From assembly GCA_051313645.2 (NCBI GenBank), contig JBNRSN020000012.1, positions 150,598,001-150,662,000 of the forward strand: a DNA stretch of 64,000 nucleotides, read 5' to 3'. The translations under genes and the position numbers were made by a program. Position 1 is the first letter of the stretch, and every line of letters starts with the position of its first letter. Under the pieces are notes generated by a model that was not told where the DNA came from, did not search any database, and saw only the letters and a list, made by a program, of their open reading frames with translations. Source of the DNA: Centroscyllium fabricii. Its lineage: Eukaryota. Of the stretch, positions 1 through 11,777 are shown one piece after another.

Positions 1-1699
1 ACCCACAATCTTCAGATTGAGAGATGAAAATGGTATCAACTGAGCCAAGCTGATACTCGAAAGAGACAGCTGGCTGGTAAGGTGAGTCCCATTGAAACTG
101 CTTCAGTTGTGAAAAGATCGGTCGAAGGAAGATATCAGGGAAAAGAAAGACGTGCAATTCAGACAATACTCACAGAACAAAGGACTCTTACAACAGCAGC
201 TGTTTCCAGTTAATGGCTGGAGTTGAGTAGACCTAGACTTGTCAAGGTTACAAGTAGAGAACAGACGGGTTATGCTGACTTAGTAAGATAAGGGAAATCA
301 ACTTTATCTGGTCTTGTCCGACTTGCCATTATTTAAGGCTGAGAAAGTGAAATAGTTTTACCAACTAATGAGCAAGTCTGGCCTCAAATTGTTGAAATTT
401 CCTCATTATAAGTTCATAACATGCCTGTTTAAAGTGCTTGACACTTAAAATGAATCCTTGCAGAGGGATGGGTCACATTGATTAGTCCGATGATGAAACT
501 GGTGGGAAAATGGGTCTTATTTTGTGCAAATTACATTAATAACAGATTGTGCTTTTTGACACCCAAACCAGAACTGTAGAGAAGTCCGAGAAGGATTCAA
601 ACAATTAAAGAGAGAAATTACAAAGTAGGTCTTCTAAGCCGAGCTGTTAAGGGTGGACGTCAAAAGTTTCAGAAGTTTAATCACACAGAGGCAAAAGTCT
701 GAAATGTATCACTCTGTCATGTGACAGTTCAACAGAGAGACAATCATTGGAATTCAACCACTGTCCAAAGTATAACAAGCGCATACAAGGTTGGATATAC
801 CAGCAGGAAGGCAGACGAGTGAGGAGCGAAAGAATAGCCCTGCCACGGTTGGAGGTCAACCCTGTCAGAGCATCCAGTAATGAATGAGTATTCCAGAGTG
901 AGGCAGCCCTGCCCAACTTTGCCACATTTGACTCAAAGAAGAGGACAGGAAATGCAGTGCTGGAAGGTTGATCGGGAGGGCTGCTGATGGTGCCTCCTCT
1001 CCCCCCAGAGAAGCAGTCAATGAATCAAATTTCCATCTTAAATACCAGGGCCAGTCCAAGCAATTCAGTTTTTGATTTACTGGGTCTTCCTGGCCATAGT
1101 TCAGGCCTAGAGTCTCCATTGATCCCTACTTTCATGCCTTGGCAGACCTGTACACTGGGTTCATCACAGCGTCCAAGCCATTGGGCAGTGTGGAAACTAG
1201 TGGCCAAGGGAATGGCCATTGTTATGTGTCTCTTCTTGGCCCCTCTCAACATCATGGACCACGTTTGGAGTGGATCAAAATTCCATTCATGTCAGACCCG
1301 GTCAGAGATTTGCAGTCTGCAAGATTCCGAGCAAAGGCCCGGCATTCCCAAGTCCCACCAGAGTTCCTGCATGCTTCAAGGCCTCCCTGTTCCTGACTTG
1401 CACCCCAGGACTTCTGTTGGCGCTAAAGATATATTTAGCAGTGAACCAACTTTGTCTATGATGAAAATTGAAACAATGATGTGTGGGCATGTCAGCAATG
1501 AAAGAAATGGAGGACAGCAGTCCAGTAAAGCTTCAGCCTGATAAACTTCCCCCACCAACTCCAATTCTCTTCCCTCCTTTACTGAAAGCTCCAACTCCTG
1601 CTCAGGTCCAGTTTTCTGGACTGTTTGACAATGGCAGGCATCAAAGTCGAACCCAGTCTTGTCCAATCCTGTTATTTATGCCTGAGGACTTTTCAGCAT

Positions 1700-1892
1700 G
1701 AAAGACCGGAAAGCTACGGAAGGGAAACCCTCGCTGGTTATTTTGCCATTCCCAGCCCAGAACTGCTGAGGCCAGTATTAGCAGTTACTGGCATCCTATG
1801 ATCAGGTAATTCAGCACAGACTTGGGATCAAATCCGTGTCTTCCTAGTATTTATGGCTCAGTTCCACACCAGTGCCTTTACCAACTGAGCCC
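1700..1892 (-). mobile_element. degenerate tRNA-derived SINE remnant
   Basis: Minus strand begins with GGGCTCAGTTGGTAAAGGCAC (A-box-like) and has a degenerate B-box-like GGATTTGATCCC; body is heavily diverged. Confidence 0.35.
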
Positions 1893-1894
1893 GG

Positions 1895-2010
1895 TAAGAA
1901 AGAAACAAATAATTTGTATTTATATAGCGCCTTTCATGACCTCAGGACTTCCCAAAGCTGTTTACAGCCAATTTTTAAAGTGTAGTCACTGTTGCAATGT
2001 AGGTAAATGT
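1895..2010 (-). mobile_element. SacSINE1/DeuSINE-like SINE, 3' fragment
   Basis: Homologous to 4941-5040 (atttatatag.gcctttca...cagga..tcccaa.g...tt.acagccaat); family name from recollection of shark Deu-SINE consensus. Confidence 0.55.
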
Positions 2011-2512
2011 ATTTTATTGTTTTTTCCCCCCTTCAGTAAATCATTATTCGTCTATATCTGACCTTGTAGGCAAGCATTTTTTCATTCAACTCCCTTCTAT
2101 CCCTTGTATCTAGGGTGTTGCAAATAGTACTGGATTCCACACAAGTTGAGGCACCTTTGGTATGTTAGTCTCACTATTTATTTCATCTTTACTTCTACGG
2201 GTACGCATTACACTTCAGTTGCTTTAAATTGTTCTGTGCTGTGTGCTATTATGGGGTAATTGGCTGTAACTGTTTTGGCTGCTGTACAGTGTAAGAGATA
2301 GTGCTCCAGTCCTGCTATACAGTCATCCTCTGCATTTGGAGTGCAACAAGAGATTGTTTATCCAACAAACCATGAACAAATGAATGTCATGGGTCTGTGG
2401 ATTCCCTCCCACCTCCCCCACCACCCTGTTTCCCCTCTAATGGATATAGAGGGTTCCTTTTGCCCACTCGCTTCGGGCTTGTCGGCAGCACTGGACAGAC
2501 ACATGAAAGAAA

Positions 2513-2670
2513 AGGTGGTAGAGATTGGTATGTATTGCGTCCGTTTATCGGACATAAAACAGGCGCAAAGCAGACCAATTTAGCAGTGGGATAACCTGCG
2601 CCCAAACTGCCCAGGCATTGATCCCACTGCTAAATTCATGGGTACCCTTTGTTTAGGCTTCCGGGGCAAG
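2513..2670. mobile_element. truncated Harbinger-type MITE end
   Basis: Similar to the left end of the MITE at 3874 (attggtatgtattgc...ggcgcaaagca.accaatttagc.gtggga). Confidence 0.45.
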
Positions 2671-2679
2671 CAATCTAAT

Positions 2680-3136
2680 TACACAGACAGTGGCCTATGA
2701 GGGGAATGGAGTCAGTGGTGAGGATATGGAGCTTGTGGCGAGGGCTTTGGTCTTCCCAAAGTTTAACTGCACAAACTTACAGCTCATCCAGAACTGGATG
2801 TCAGAGCTCTGAGTGTCATTGGCTTACATGGGAAAGCTGATCCCATGTCTGCGGATGATGCCACCAAGGGGCATTGTGTAGATGAGGAAGCGGAGGGAGC
2901 CCAGGATTGAACCTTGGCTGATCCTGAAGATGATGGTGAGAGGCTGGGAACATAAGCCATTGCTGGAAATGTTCTGGTTGTCCATCGGATAGATAAGAGT
3001 GGAAAGAAGCGAGGGCAGTTCTGTCAGAGCTGGACAAGAGGAGAGATGTTGGAGGAGGATGATGTGATCAACTTTGTTGAAGGCTGCAGAAAGCTCGAGG
3101 AAGATGGGGGAAGGATAATGCACCTTGGTCACAGTC
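2680..3136 (-). pseudogene. L2-clade LINE reverse transcriptase fragment
   Basis: Frameshifted peptides LELSAAFNKVDHIILL, SYLSD and QGSILG..LIYTMPLGGIIRRHGISF are typical of L2 RT. Confidence 0.75.
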
Positions 3137-3157
3137 TATTAAGTTAAATAGACTGTA

Positions 3158-3540
3158 GGGCGGCACGGTGGCATAGTGGTTAGCACTGTTGTCTCACAGC
3201 ACTGGAGACCCGGGTCCAAATCCAGCCTCGGGTACTATCTGTGTGGAGTTTGCACATTCTCCCGGTGTCTGCGTGGGTTTCCTCCGGGTGCTCCGGTTTC
3301 CTCCCACAGTCCAAAGATGTGCGGGTTAGGTTGACTGGCCCTTAGTATTAGGGGGATTGAATATGTGGGGTTACGTGGTTAGGGTGGGATATGTGTCGCT
3401 GCAGGCTCGAGAGGGATATGGGGAGAGGGCAGGGGCAGGGTGCTGGGTTTGGATGATCAGCCATGATCTCATTGAATGGCGGAGCAGGCTCGAAGGGCCA
3501 AATGGCCTACTCCTGCTCCTATCTTCTATGTCTATGTCTA
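3158..3540 (+). mobile_element. HE1-like V-SINE (tRNA head, V-domain, CR1-derived tail)
   Basis: A/B boxes (GGTGGCATAGTGG, GGGTCCAAATCC); V-domain TGCGTGGGTTTCCTCCGGGTGCTCCGGTTTCCTCCCACA; tail matches the CR1 3' end at 43909-44000; second copy at 11145-11543. Confidence 0.85.
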
Positions 3541-3873
3541 AATATTTTCCTAGAATATGGACTATAAGACAAACTGTTCTCCATTGCGATTCATATGATG
3601 ATAGTTGCTAAGGCAGCTGGCAGTCCCTTTTGCTTTTGTTGACTAGGTTAACTTATACCTGCAGCCTATGAGAATCTCTCGCAATGCACACACATTCTTG
3701 TTTTACTCTGACTGACACAACAAGACAGTACATGCTCAGCTCTGCTGTATGTGCATTGTTTGATTTAACCTTACATGAATGGCCTGGTTTAATCATGAAA
3801 CAGAATCTGCAATGTGAGTTTACCATTATTACTGTGACCCTGGAGGTTTTTTTTCAGTAAAGTTGGAGAGTGA

Positions 3874-4535
3874 GGGGTAAGAATTGGTATGTATTGCACC
3901 CGCTTTTAGGATGTAAAATGGGCGCAAAGCATACCAATTTAGCGGTGGGATGGACTGCGCCCAATCTGCATACGCGTTCTTCCCACTTAAATACATGAGG
4001 CCCAGTTTTTAGGTGTCCCAGGCAGATGCTAAACCAGGCGTTAGGTCCCTTGAATATATTATTGAGGAGCCTAATGCCCGTTGAAGGCCCCCTTCCTGAA
4101 ATTGGACTGCCCTGAATGCAGTCTCACCAGGCTGGCTCTGATCAAGATAACCAGGTCTACATAGGACCTAAACAGCGGGCCATAAAGCGACTACAGAAAG
4201 CCGCCACCAAAAAGGTAAGTTTCTTAAAAAAGTCTTTCCTGAATGTGAAGCCAGAAGGAACCGGCTCTGGACTGCTGGCTCCAAAGCAGGCCAAAGTCTG
4301 TTGCTGGCCTCCCCTGCCGCCCAGAATTTACTTGAGGGCCTGGCCTAAAAATAATGTCCTCTTCACCTTTTGAGCTGCCTGGGGACGAGCAGCTAGCGTC
4401 TGAAGTCACTGGTCTAATATAAATGAGAGCCGAGGCCTAATTTTGATCGGGTCTTGGGCCTACCTGTTTTGGCGAAGGGATCATTCACTGCGCCCAGTTC
4501 ATGCTGGCAAGTGGGCGTTATGCAATTTCTACCCC
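3874..4535. mobile_element. Harbinger-type MITE
   Basis: Imperfect TIRs GGGGTAAGAATTG ... CAATTTCTACCCC, same class as other GGGG..AAATT ends in the window; non-coding. Confidence 0.6.
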
Positions 4536-4940
4536 CAATCATCTGAACACCACCGATTCACACTGATGAGTTAACACCACAGACTGGATATCCCAGAATG
4601 CTGTGCGTCAATAATTATTTGTTGGTAAACATCAAGTCTGTACTAAATTAATGTCATCCAATGTCAGTGCAACACTAGAACTAATTTTCCATCAGTTATC
4701 TGAAATATTCACTTATATGAACAAGGTTGATCCCAAACCATTTGGATAAACGTACTGTATTCCTTGAAGTAACGCACAGGAAAGTCCCATTGTCATGACA
4801 ACTGACCACAGAATAGGAACTCGCTAAAGAATCTTCGCCTTCAACATCCATCAGCACGACCAGCAAGCACTCTGTCCAAAAACGTACTACATTCTACTAT
4901 TTATTAAAATATCCTAATGTGGCAACTCTCCTGTGTGTTT

Positions 4941-5108
4941 AAGAAAGAAAGAATTTTCATTTATATAGTGCCTTTCACTTCAGGATGTCCCAAGGTGCTT
5001 CACAGCCAATGAACTACTTTGGAAGTCAATGTTATAATGTAGGCAGATGCGGCAGCCAATCTGCGCACAGCAAGGTCCCACAAACAGCAATGAGATAAAT
5101 GATCAGGT
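4941..5108 (-). mobile_element. SacSINE1/DeuSINE-like SINE, 3' part (continues at 9554-9717 and 20245-20332)
   Basis: Contiguous across the AGGT TSD of the Gypsy insertion; tRNA-like head lies at about 20245-20332. Confidence 0.65.
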
Positions 5109-5354
5109 TGTGGCGGCACGCCCACTGGGACACCAAATCCGCCACGGGAACTCCGCGGCGCAGAGCCCCGCTCATCCGGGTGATGCGACGACGTCACCAC
5201 GTCTGCCGACGCGATGACGTCACCAACCGCGGGACTGTTTAAATATGCTTGTTGCGAGTGGTTCACTCTCTTTCTTGTTTAGCTCTAGTGTATTAAAGTT
5301 GTGTTTTCTCTAGCTCTGGCTCACGTGTGGTTCCTAGGCCTTGCTGGCGCTACA
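5109..5354 (+). repeat. 5' LTR of copy A
   Basis: Direct repeat of 9306-9553; contains TGACGTCA, TTTAAATA and ATTAAA. Confidence 0.95.
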
Positions 5355-5355
5355 G

Positions 5356-5367
5356 TGGTGACCCCGA
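5356..5367 (+). promoter_or_regulatory. primer-binding site, tRNA-Trp
   Basis: TGGTGACCCCGA, 1 nt after the LTR, complementary to the tRNA-Trp 3' end. Confidence 0.85.
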
Positions 5368-5444
5368 ATTGGAACGACTTCCAAAGAAGAAAAGCTGCCA
5401 CAGGATCTGGGACCACCAGCCAAAGAACTTTTTAAACAGAAAAC

Positions 5445-8400
5445 ATGGCAAGAGCAAGGAACCAAGCTCCACGAACGCAAGGACTTGGCCAGAACTTTGG
5501 ACATGGACTAACTCTACCCGAGTTCTGGGAGCAACGGCCAGCAGCCTGGTTTATGTGCATCGAGACCAGCTGCCGCACACATGGCATCCAGGGGGACGAC
5601 CGCTACGACCTGGTGTTCTCAGCCCTACCGCAATCGCCGATCGATCAGATGTGGTCAAAAATACAGCGTGTGCCCACTACAGGCAGGTACAAATCTCTTA
5701 AGGCCGCGCTCATTAAAAAATTTACCCCCTCTCAATTTGAGCGCGACTGCCAGCTCCTCGACCTCCCCGAACTCGGGGCCGCAGACCCATCGGACCTCTT
5801 CGGTCAGATGCAAGCGCTCACACCCAATCCGGCCTCCCTGTTCCGCACCGTCTTCCTCCTTAAACTGCCCTGCTCCATCAGACCGGCCTTGGCGGCCCTT
5901 GGCCAACGGAGCGATGACGAGCTCGCGGAGGAAGCCGACAGGCTCATGGAGGCGCAGCGCACCCGCTCAACCACGTGCGACCCTAACTCCGCATCGGTAG
6001 AGCGCAACCAATCACCCCCAGGCCTAACTTTACGCCTGAACCTAGGGCCCCGCGCCCACCTAAGCAACCGCGTCCCTCTAGCACCGGCTGGTGCTACTAC
6101 CACACGCGGTTCGATAACAAAGCGCACCGCTGCGTCCAGTCATGCACGTTCAAGCCACGGCCCAACTCAGCCCCCACCATGTCTGTAGGCCACACAGGAG
6201 CACTGCTCTTTGTTACAGACAGAGGCACAGGCCTTAGGTTCCTCTGCGACACAGGCGCGCAGCACAGCATCGTGCCAGCCTCCCCTGCAGAAACCAAACA
6301 AGGTACCCGGGGCCCGCCACTGGCGGCGGCCAACGGCTCCAGCATTAAAACATACGGCACCTGCAAGCTCACTATCACACTTGCAAGCCACACGTACACC
6401 TGGGATTTCGTCACAGCCCAGGTCACCTCACCCCTCCTCGGGGCAGATTTCCTCTGCGCCTACTGGTCAATGTGACCCGGCGCCGCTTGGTCAACATAAA
6501 TACCATGACGACCATCCCATGCTCCACAGGGCCCGCACTCCTGGCCCACGCGGCAGCCCAATGCTGCTCACGGAACTCCGATGCCTAAGGCAAACTATTC
6601 ACAGAGTTCCCCGCCCTAACCAACCCCACGTTCACCGCCCGCCAGGCCAAACACGGGGTAGAGCATTTTATTATGACCACAGGCCCTCCCGTCCATGCCC
6701 ATGCCCGTAGGCTCGACCCGGCCAAGCAGGAGATCGCGCGCACCGAGTTCCACACCATGGAGCAACTCGGCATTATCCGCCGCTCCAACAGCCCCTGGGC
6801 CTCTCCTCTCCACATAGCCCCCAAGCCAGATGGGGTTGGCGCCACTGCGGCGACTAACGCCGCCTAAACAACGGCACTACCCCGGATAGGTACCCCGTAC
6901 CCCACATCCAGGATTTTTCCGCCAGATTAGCGGGCTGTACGATCTTCTCTAAGATCGACCTGGTGCGTGGCTACCACCAGTTTCCGGTGCACCCGGCGGA
7001 CATTCCTAAAACGGCCGTCATCACCCCCTTCGGGCTCTTTGAGTTCCTCAGGATGCCCTTCGGCCTTAAAAACGCGGCCCAGGCCTTCCAGCGCCTCATG
7101 GACTCGGTCCTACGGGACTTGAAGTTCATTTTCGTCTATTTAGACGACATCCTCGTGGCCAGCACCTCCCCCCAGGAACACCTCCTGCACCTCAGGACCC
7201 TGTTCCAGCGCCTGGCCGAACACGGCCTTATATTAAGCCCCACCAAGTGCAAATTCGGCCTCGATACCATTGACTTCCTCGGCCACCTCATTTCCCAAAC
7301 AGGGGCCATACCCCTGCCCTCCAAGGTGCAGGCGGTACAGGAATTTCCCCGCCCGCGCTCTATTAAAGGACTGCAGGAATTCCTAGGCATGGTTAATTTT
7401 TATAACCGCTTTATCCCGGGAGCAGCCGCTCTCATGGCCCCCTTATACCAGGTCACCCGCGGGCAGTCCAACAAGGCTGCGGTCGAGTGGACGGCCGACG
7501 CCGCCACCGCCTTCACCGCAACTAAAACCGCCCTGGCAAACGCCACCCTCCTAGCCCACCCTAGGCCCAACGCCAGAGTAGCCCTCACCACCGACACCTC
7601 CGACCACACGGTCGGGGCCGTATTTGAGCAGTGGACCGGCAACTCGTGGCAGCCCCTGGCCTTTTTCAGCCGGCAACTCCGGCCCCCAGAGGTTAAGTAC
7701 AGCGCCTTCAATAGGGAGCTCCTCGCTCTCCATCTGGCAGTGCGACATTTTCGTTTCCTCCTGGAGGGCCGCCACTTCACAGCCTTCGTCGACCATAAGC
7801 CACTCACGTTTGCGATGGCTAAGGTCGCCGAACCCTGGTCGGCCAGGCAGCAGCGCCAACTCGCGGCCGTGTCGGAATTTACTACCGACATTCAACATAT
7901 TTCCGGCCGCGACAACGTGGTCGCTGACTGCCTCTCACGCCCCACCATTAACGCCGCCCAAATGGCGGTCGATTACGCCCAGCTGGCCGCTGACCAGCTG
8001 CCCGACCCGGACCTGCTCAACGCAGCAGCAAATCTCCCCGGCCTCCACTTGGCCAATATCGCGTACGGCCCCGCTGCCACCGTCGTCTGCTGCGACGTAT
8101 CCCTGCCGCAGCCCAGGCCCGTCGTACCCCACGCTTGGAGGCGACACATATTCAGGACCCTCCATGACCTGTCCCACCCCGGCACCCGCGCGTCCAGCAA
8201 ATTAATCTCGGCCCGGTTCGTATGGCGCGGCCTGCGCAAGGACGTTCACGCCTGGGCCAGCTCCTGCATTGCCTGCCAGCGCTCCAAAGTGCATAAGCAC
8301 ATCAGGGCACCACTGGAAACTTTTAAAGTGCTGGCCAGACGCTTTGACCACGTCCATATCGATCTCGTCGGGCCACTACCGCCATCCCGGGGCCACACGC

Positions 8401-9263
8401 ACCTAATGACCATGGTCGACCGCAACACTCGCTGGCCAGAAGCAGTCCCCCTCACCGCCACCGGCACCACGGACTTGGCCAGGGCGTTCATCGCCACCTG
8501 GGTCGCCCGCTTCGGCGTGCCCACCGACATCACCTCCGACAGAGGACCCCAGTTTACGTCGGCATTATGGGCGGCCATCGCCCGCGACCTCGGGGTAACA
8601 CTACATCGAACCACCGCATACCACCCACAAGCGAACGGGCTATGCGAACGGTTCCACCGCTCAATGAAGGCATCACTACGAGCCACACTCAAGGACGCGT
8701 CGTGGACCGACCGCCTTCCATGGGTTCTCCTCGGGCTGCGCTCAGCAGTCAAAGAAGACCTAAACGCCTCGGCAGCAGAACTCATCTACGGCCAAACATT
8801 AACAGTGCCGGGTGAGTTCCTAGCTGAGCCCAACGCTCCCTGGTCAGCCGACCAGTATTTAAAAGACTTCACCAACCCGGCACGAGCTTCCCGGCCACTA
8901 CCAGTGGCCCGGCACGGAGAGCCGGCAGCTCGGGTGCCGGACGGCATCAAAAACACTAAATTTGTGTTCGTCCGGCGCGACGGACACCGATCTCCACTAC
9001 AGCCACCGTACGATGGCCCCTACAGAGTGCTTTGGGTGGGAGCTAAAGCTTTTGAACTACAAAGGGGCAATAGAACTGAAACTGTGACAATAGACCGGCT
9101 CAATCCGGCACACGTTATAGCGGGCGAGACGACTGTCCCCGCACAACCACCACAACGTGGTCGCCCTCCCGCAACAAAACCCGCCCACACTCCACCGCAG
9201 AACCAGAAGCAACAGGCAACATGGTCCGGCCGCATTATCCGGCCACCACAACGGCTCACATAG
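5445..9263 (+). pseudogene. gag-pol: gag-pol of copy A (frameshifts and stops in gag/PR/RT N-terminus; 6963-9263 open)
   Basis: LPEFW gag start, FLCDTGA protease, YLDD RT, RNase H, HHCC and DDE integrase, GPY; lesions near 6018, 6463, 6586, 6835 and 6855 by comparison with copy B. Confidence 0.92.
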
Positions 9264-9305
9264 ACTCTTTTACTATTCCTCCCAGACGGATTCTGGGGGG
9301 AGCTG

Positions 9306-9553
9306 TGTGGCGGCACGCCCACTGGGACACCGAATCCGCCACAGGAACTCCGCGGAGCAAAGCCCCGCTCATCCGGGTGACGCGACGACGTCACCACGTC
9401 TGCCGACACGATGACGTCACCAACCGCGGGACTGTTTAAATATGCTTGTTGCGAGTGGTTCACTCTCTTTCTTGTTTAGCTCTAGTGTATTAAAGTTGTG
9501 TTTTCTCTAGCTCTCTGGCTCAAGTGTGGTTCCTAGGCCTTGCTGGCGCTACA
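9306..9553 (+). repeat. 3' LTR of copy A
   Basis: Preceded by PPT GGGGGGAG; followed by TSD AGGT. Confidence 0.95.
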
Positions 9554-9717
9554 AGGTAATGTGTTTTTAGCAATGTTAGCTGAGGGTTAAACGTTGGCCA
9601 GGCCATCAAAAGATCGCCCCTGCTCTTCTTCAGATAGTGCCATGGGATCCTTTACGGGCACCCGAGAGGCCAGATGGGGCCTCCACAAGTCTCATCTGAA
9701 ACACGGCCCCTCCAACA

Positions 9718-10040
9718 CCGGGAGCGGGACTTGGAGCGAGAGCGGCAGGCTTCAAAAGGAGCAGCGGCGGCGGCAGTGGCCAGACCCGGGAGCGGGACTT
9801 GGAGCGAGAGCGGCAGGCTTCATAAGGAGCAGCGGCGGCACAGGCCAGACCCGGGAGCGGGACTTGGAGCGAGAGCGGCAGGCTTCATAAGGAGCAGTGG
9901 CGGCGACAGAGGCCAGACCCGGGAGCGGGACTTGGAGCGAGAGCGGCAGGCTTCATAAGGAGCAGCGACGGCGGCAGAAGCCAGACCCGGGAGCGGGACT
10001 TGGAGCGAGAGCGGCAGGCTTCATAAGGAGCAGCGGCGGC
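9718..10040 (+). repeat. five tandem ~68-bp GC-rich monomers at the CR1 5' end
   Basis: CCGGGAGCGGGACTTGGAGCGAGAGCGGCAGGCTTCA starts at 9718, 9786, 9851, 9919 and 9987. Confidence 0.95.
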
Positions 10041-10374
10041 AGGACCACTTCAACAGCAGGCAGTGTGACGTCACCAACAGGCGGGTAAGTGATTGGTTGG
10101 TAAGTATTTATCTCTTCTATTTCTCTTTCCTTTTATAAAACTTAAATTTCGGTGTTTTTTAAGTTTCTAGGGTCCCTGTGGTATTGCGGGGTCTGTTACA
10201 AAAGCAGGGCCTTAAATAGGTCACTAACTAGAGTGTAAATTGGTGGGGTGTGATTTGATTTGGGAGGCTTGTATTTTCTTGGATCTCTGTGGTTTAGCGG
10301 GGACTTTTGCAATACAAGTGCCCTAGTGTTTAATTCGTGGTTTAAATTCGTGTAAATTAATACAAGGGTAAGTC

Positions 10375-11730
10375 ATGTCAGGTGAGCTCAGACCCGTGAT
10401 CTGCTCCTCCTGCTGCATGTGGGAAGTCAGGGACGCTGCTGAGGTCCTTGACGAACATGTGTGTGGGAAATGCATCCACCGTCAGCACCTGACAAGCCGC
10501 ATTGTGGCGCTGCAGCTGAGGGTGGATATGTTTTGGAGCATTCGTGATGCTGAGAGGCTCGTGGATAGCACGTATAGTGAGCTGGTCACACCGCAGGCTA
10601 AGGGTGTACAGGCAGAAGGGAAATGGGTGACCATCAGGAGGAGTGATAGAAGTAGGCAGGTAGAGCAGGGGACCCCTGTGGGCATCCCCCTCGCAAACAA
10701 GTATACCGTTTTGGATACTGTTGGGGGGGATGACTTTCCAGGGGAAGACAGCAGCAGCCAACTTCCTGGCACCAGGGGTGTTTCTGCTGTTCAGCATGGG
10801 AGGAAAAAGAGTGGCAGGGCAATAGTGGTAGGGGATTCTATCGTAAGGGGAACAGATAGGCGTTTCTGTGGCCGTAGACGTGACTCCACGATGGTTTGTT
10901 GCCTCCCTGGGGCCAGGGTCAAGGATGTCACTAAACGGCTGCGGGGCATCCTGAAGGAGGAGGCCAACCAGTCAGAGGTCGTGGTTCACATTGGGACCAA
11001 CGACATAGGTAAAAAGGGGGATGAGGTCCTGCAGCAAGAATTCAGGGAGCTAGGTAGAGGATTAAGGAGCAGGACCTCAAAGGTTGTAATCTCTGGATTA
11101 CTCCCTGTGCCACGAGCTAGTGAGTATAGGAATAGAAGGATAGAAACATAGAAACATAGAAAATAGGAGCAGGAGTAGGCCATTCGGCCCTTCGAGCCTG
11201 CTCCGCCATTCAATGAGATCATGGCTGATCATCCAAACCCAGCACCCTGTCCCTGCCTTGTCCCCATATCCCTCTCGAACCTGCACCGACCCATATCCCA
11301 CCCTATCCCCGTTACCCCACCTAATTAATCCCCCTAACACTAAGGGTCAATTTATCCTGGCCAATCAACCTAACCCGCACATCTTTGGACTGTGGGAGGA
11401 AACCGGAGCACCCGGAGGAAACCCACGCAGACACAGGGAGAATGTGCACACTCCACACAGATAGTACCCGAGGCTGGATTTGAACCTGGGTCTCCAGTGC
11501 TGTAAGGCAACAGTGCTAACCACTATGCCACCGTGCCGCCCTAGATAGAGCAGCTTAATGCGTGGCTGAAGAGTTGGTGTAGGAGGGAGGGCTTTAGTTT
11601 CCTGGATCATTGGGACCGCTTCTAGGGAAGATGGGACTTGTGCAAGTCGGACGGTCTCCACCTTAACTAGAACGGGACCAATATCCTTGCGGGGAGGTTT
11701 GCTAGCACTGTTGCGAGGGGTTTAATCTAA
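10375..11730 (+). pseudogene. CR1 ORF1: zinc finger/leucine zipper plus SGNH esterase, split by a SINE
   Basis: CSSC..CGKC; GDS, PGA and GTND blocks; RNRRI|EQLNAWL rejoins across the SINE; DGLH motif; internal stops. Confidence 0.9.
11145..11543 (-). mobile_element. HE1-like V-SINE inserted in CR1 ORF1
   Basis: Reverse-complement homologue of 3158-3540; flanking GATAGA direct repeat at 11139-11144 and 11544-11549. Confidence 0.9.
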
Positions 11731-11777
11731 CTTGGCAGGGGGATGGGATACAGAGGGCAGCAAAAATAGGGGGTGAT

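Larger units (their letters stand above)
5109..9553 (+). mobile_element. CsRn1-like Ty3/Gypsy LTR retrotransposon, copy A (full length, decayed)
   Basis: TG..CA LTRs 5109-5354 and 9306-9553 (about 7 substitutions plus a 2-bp indel); 4-bp TSD AGGT; tRNA-Trp PBS; PPT; CHCC motif CYYH..RC..PC; domain order PR-RT-RH-IN. Confidence 0.95.

Noticed and set aside
1-1700. 184-aa ORF (987-1541) and faint hAT-transposase-like peptides near 420-480 and 700-780
   Set aside because: No recognisable motif in the ORF; the hAT resemblance is too weak to support by eye
3158-3230. tRNA gene
   Set aside because: It is the tRNA-derived head of a SINE, followed by the V-domain and a CR1 tail
4690-4875. Possible minus-strand host exon
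   Set aside because: Short open frame with no recognisable protein and no convincing splice donor
9718-10040. CRISPR-like array (also considered for 22000-23400 and 35345-35500)
   Set aside because: No unique spacers, no cas genes, eukaryotic context; these are tandem or TE-internal repeats
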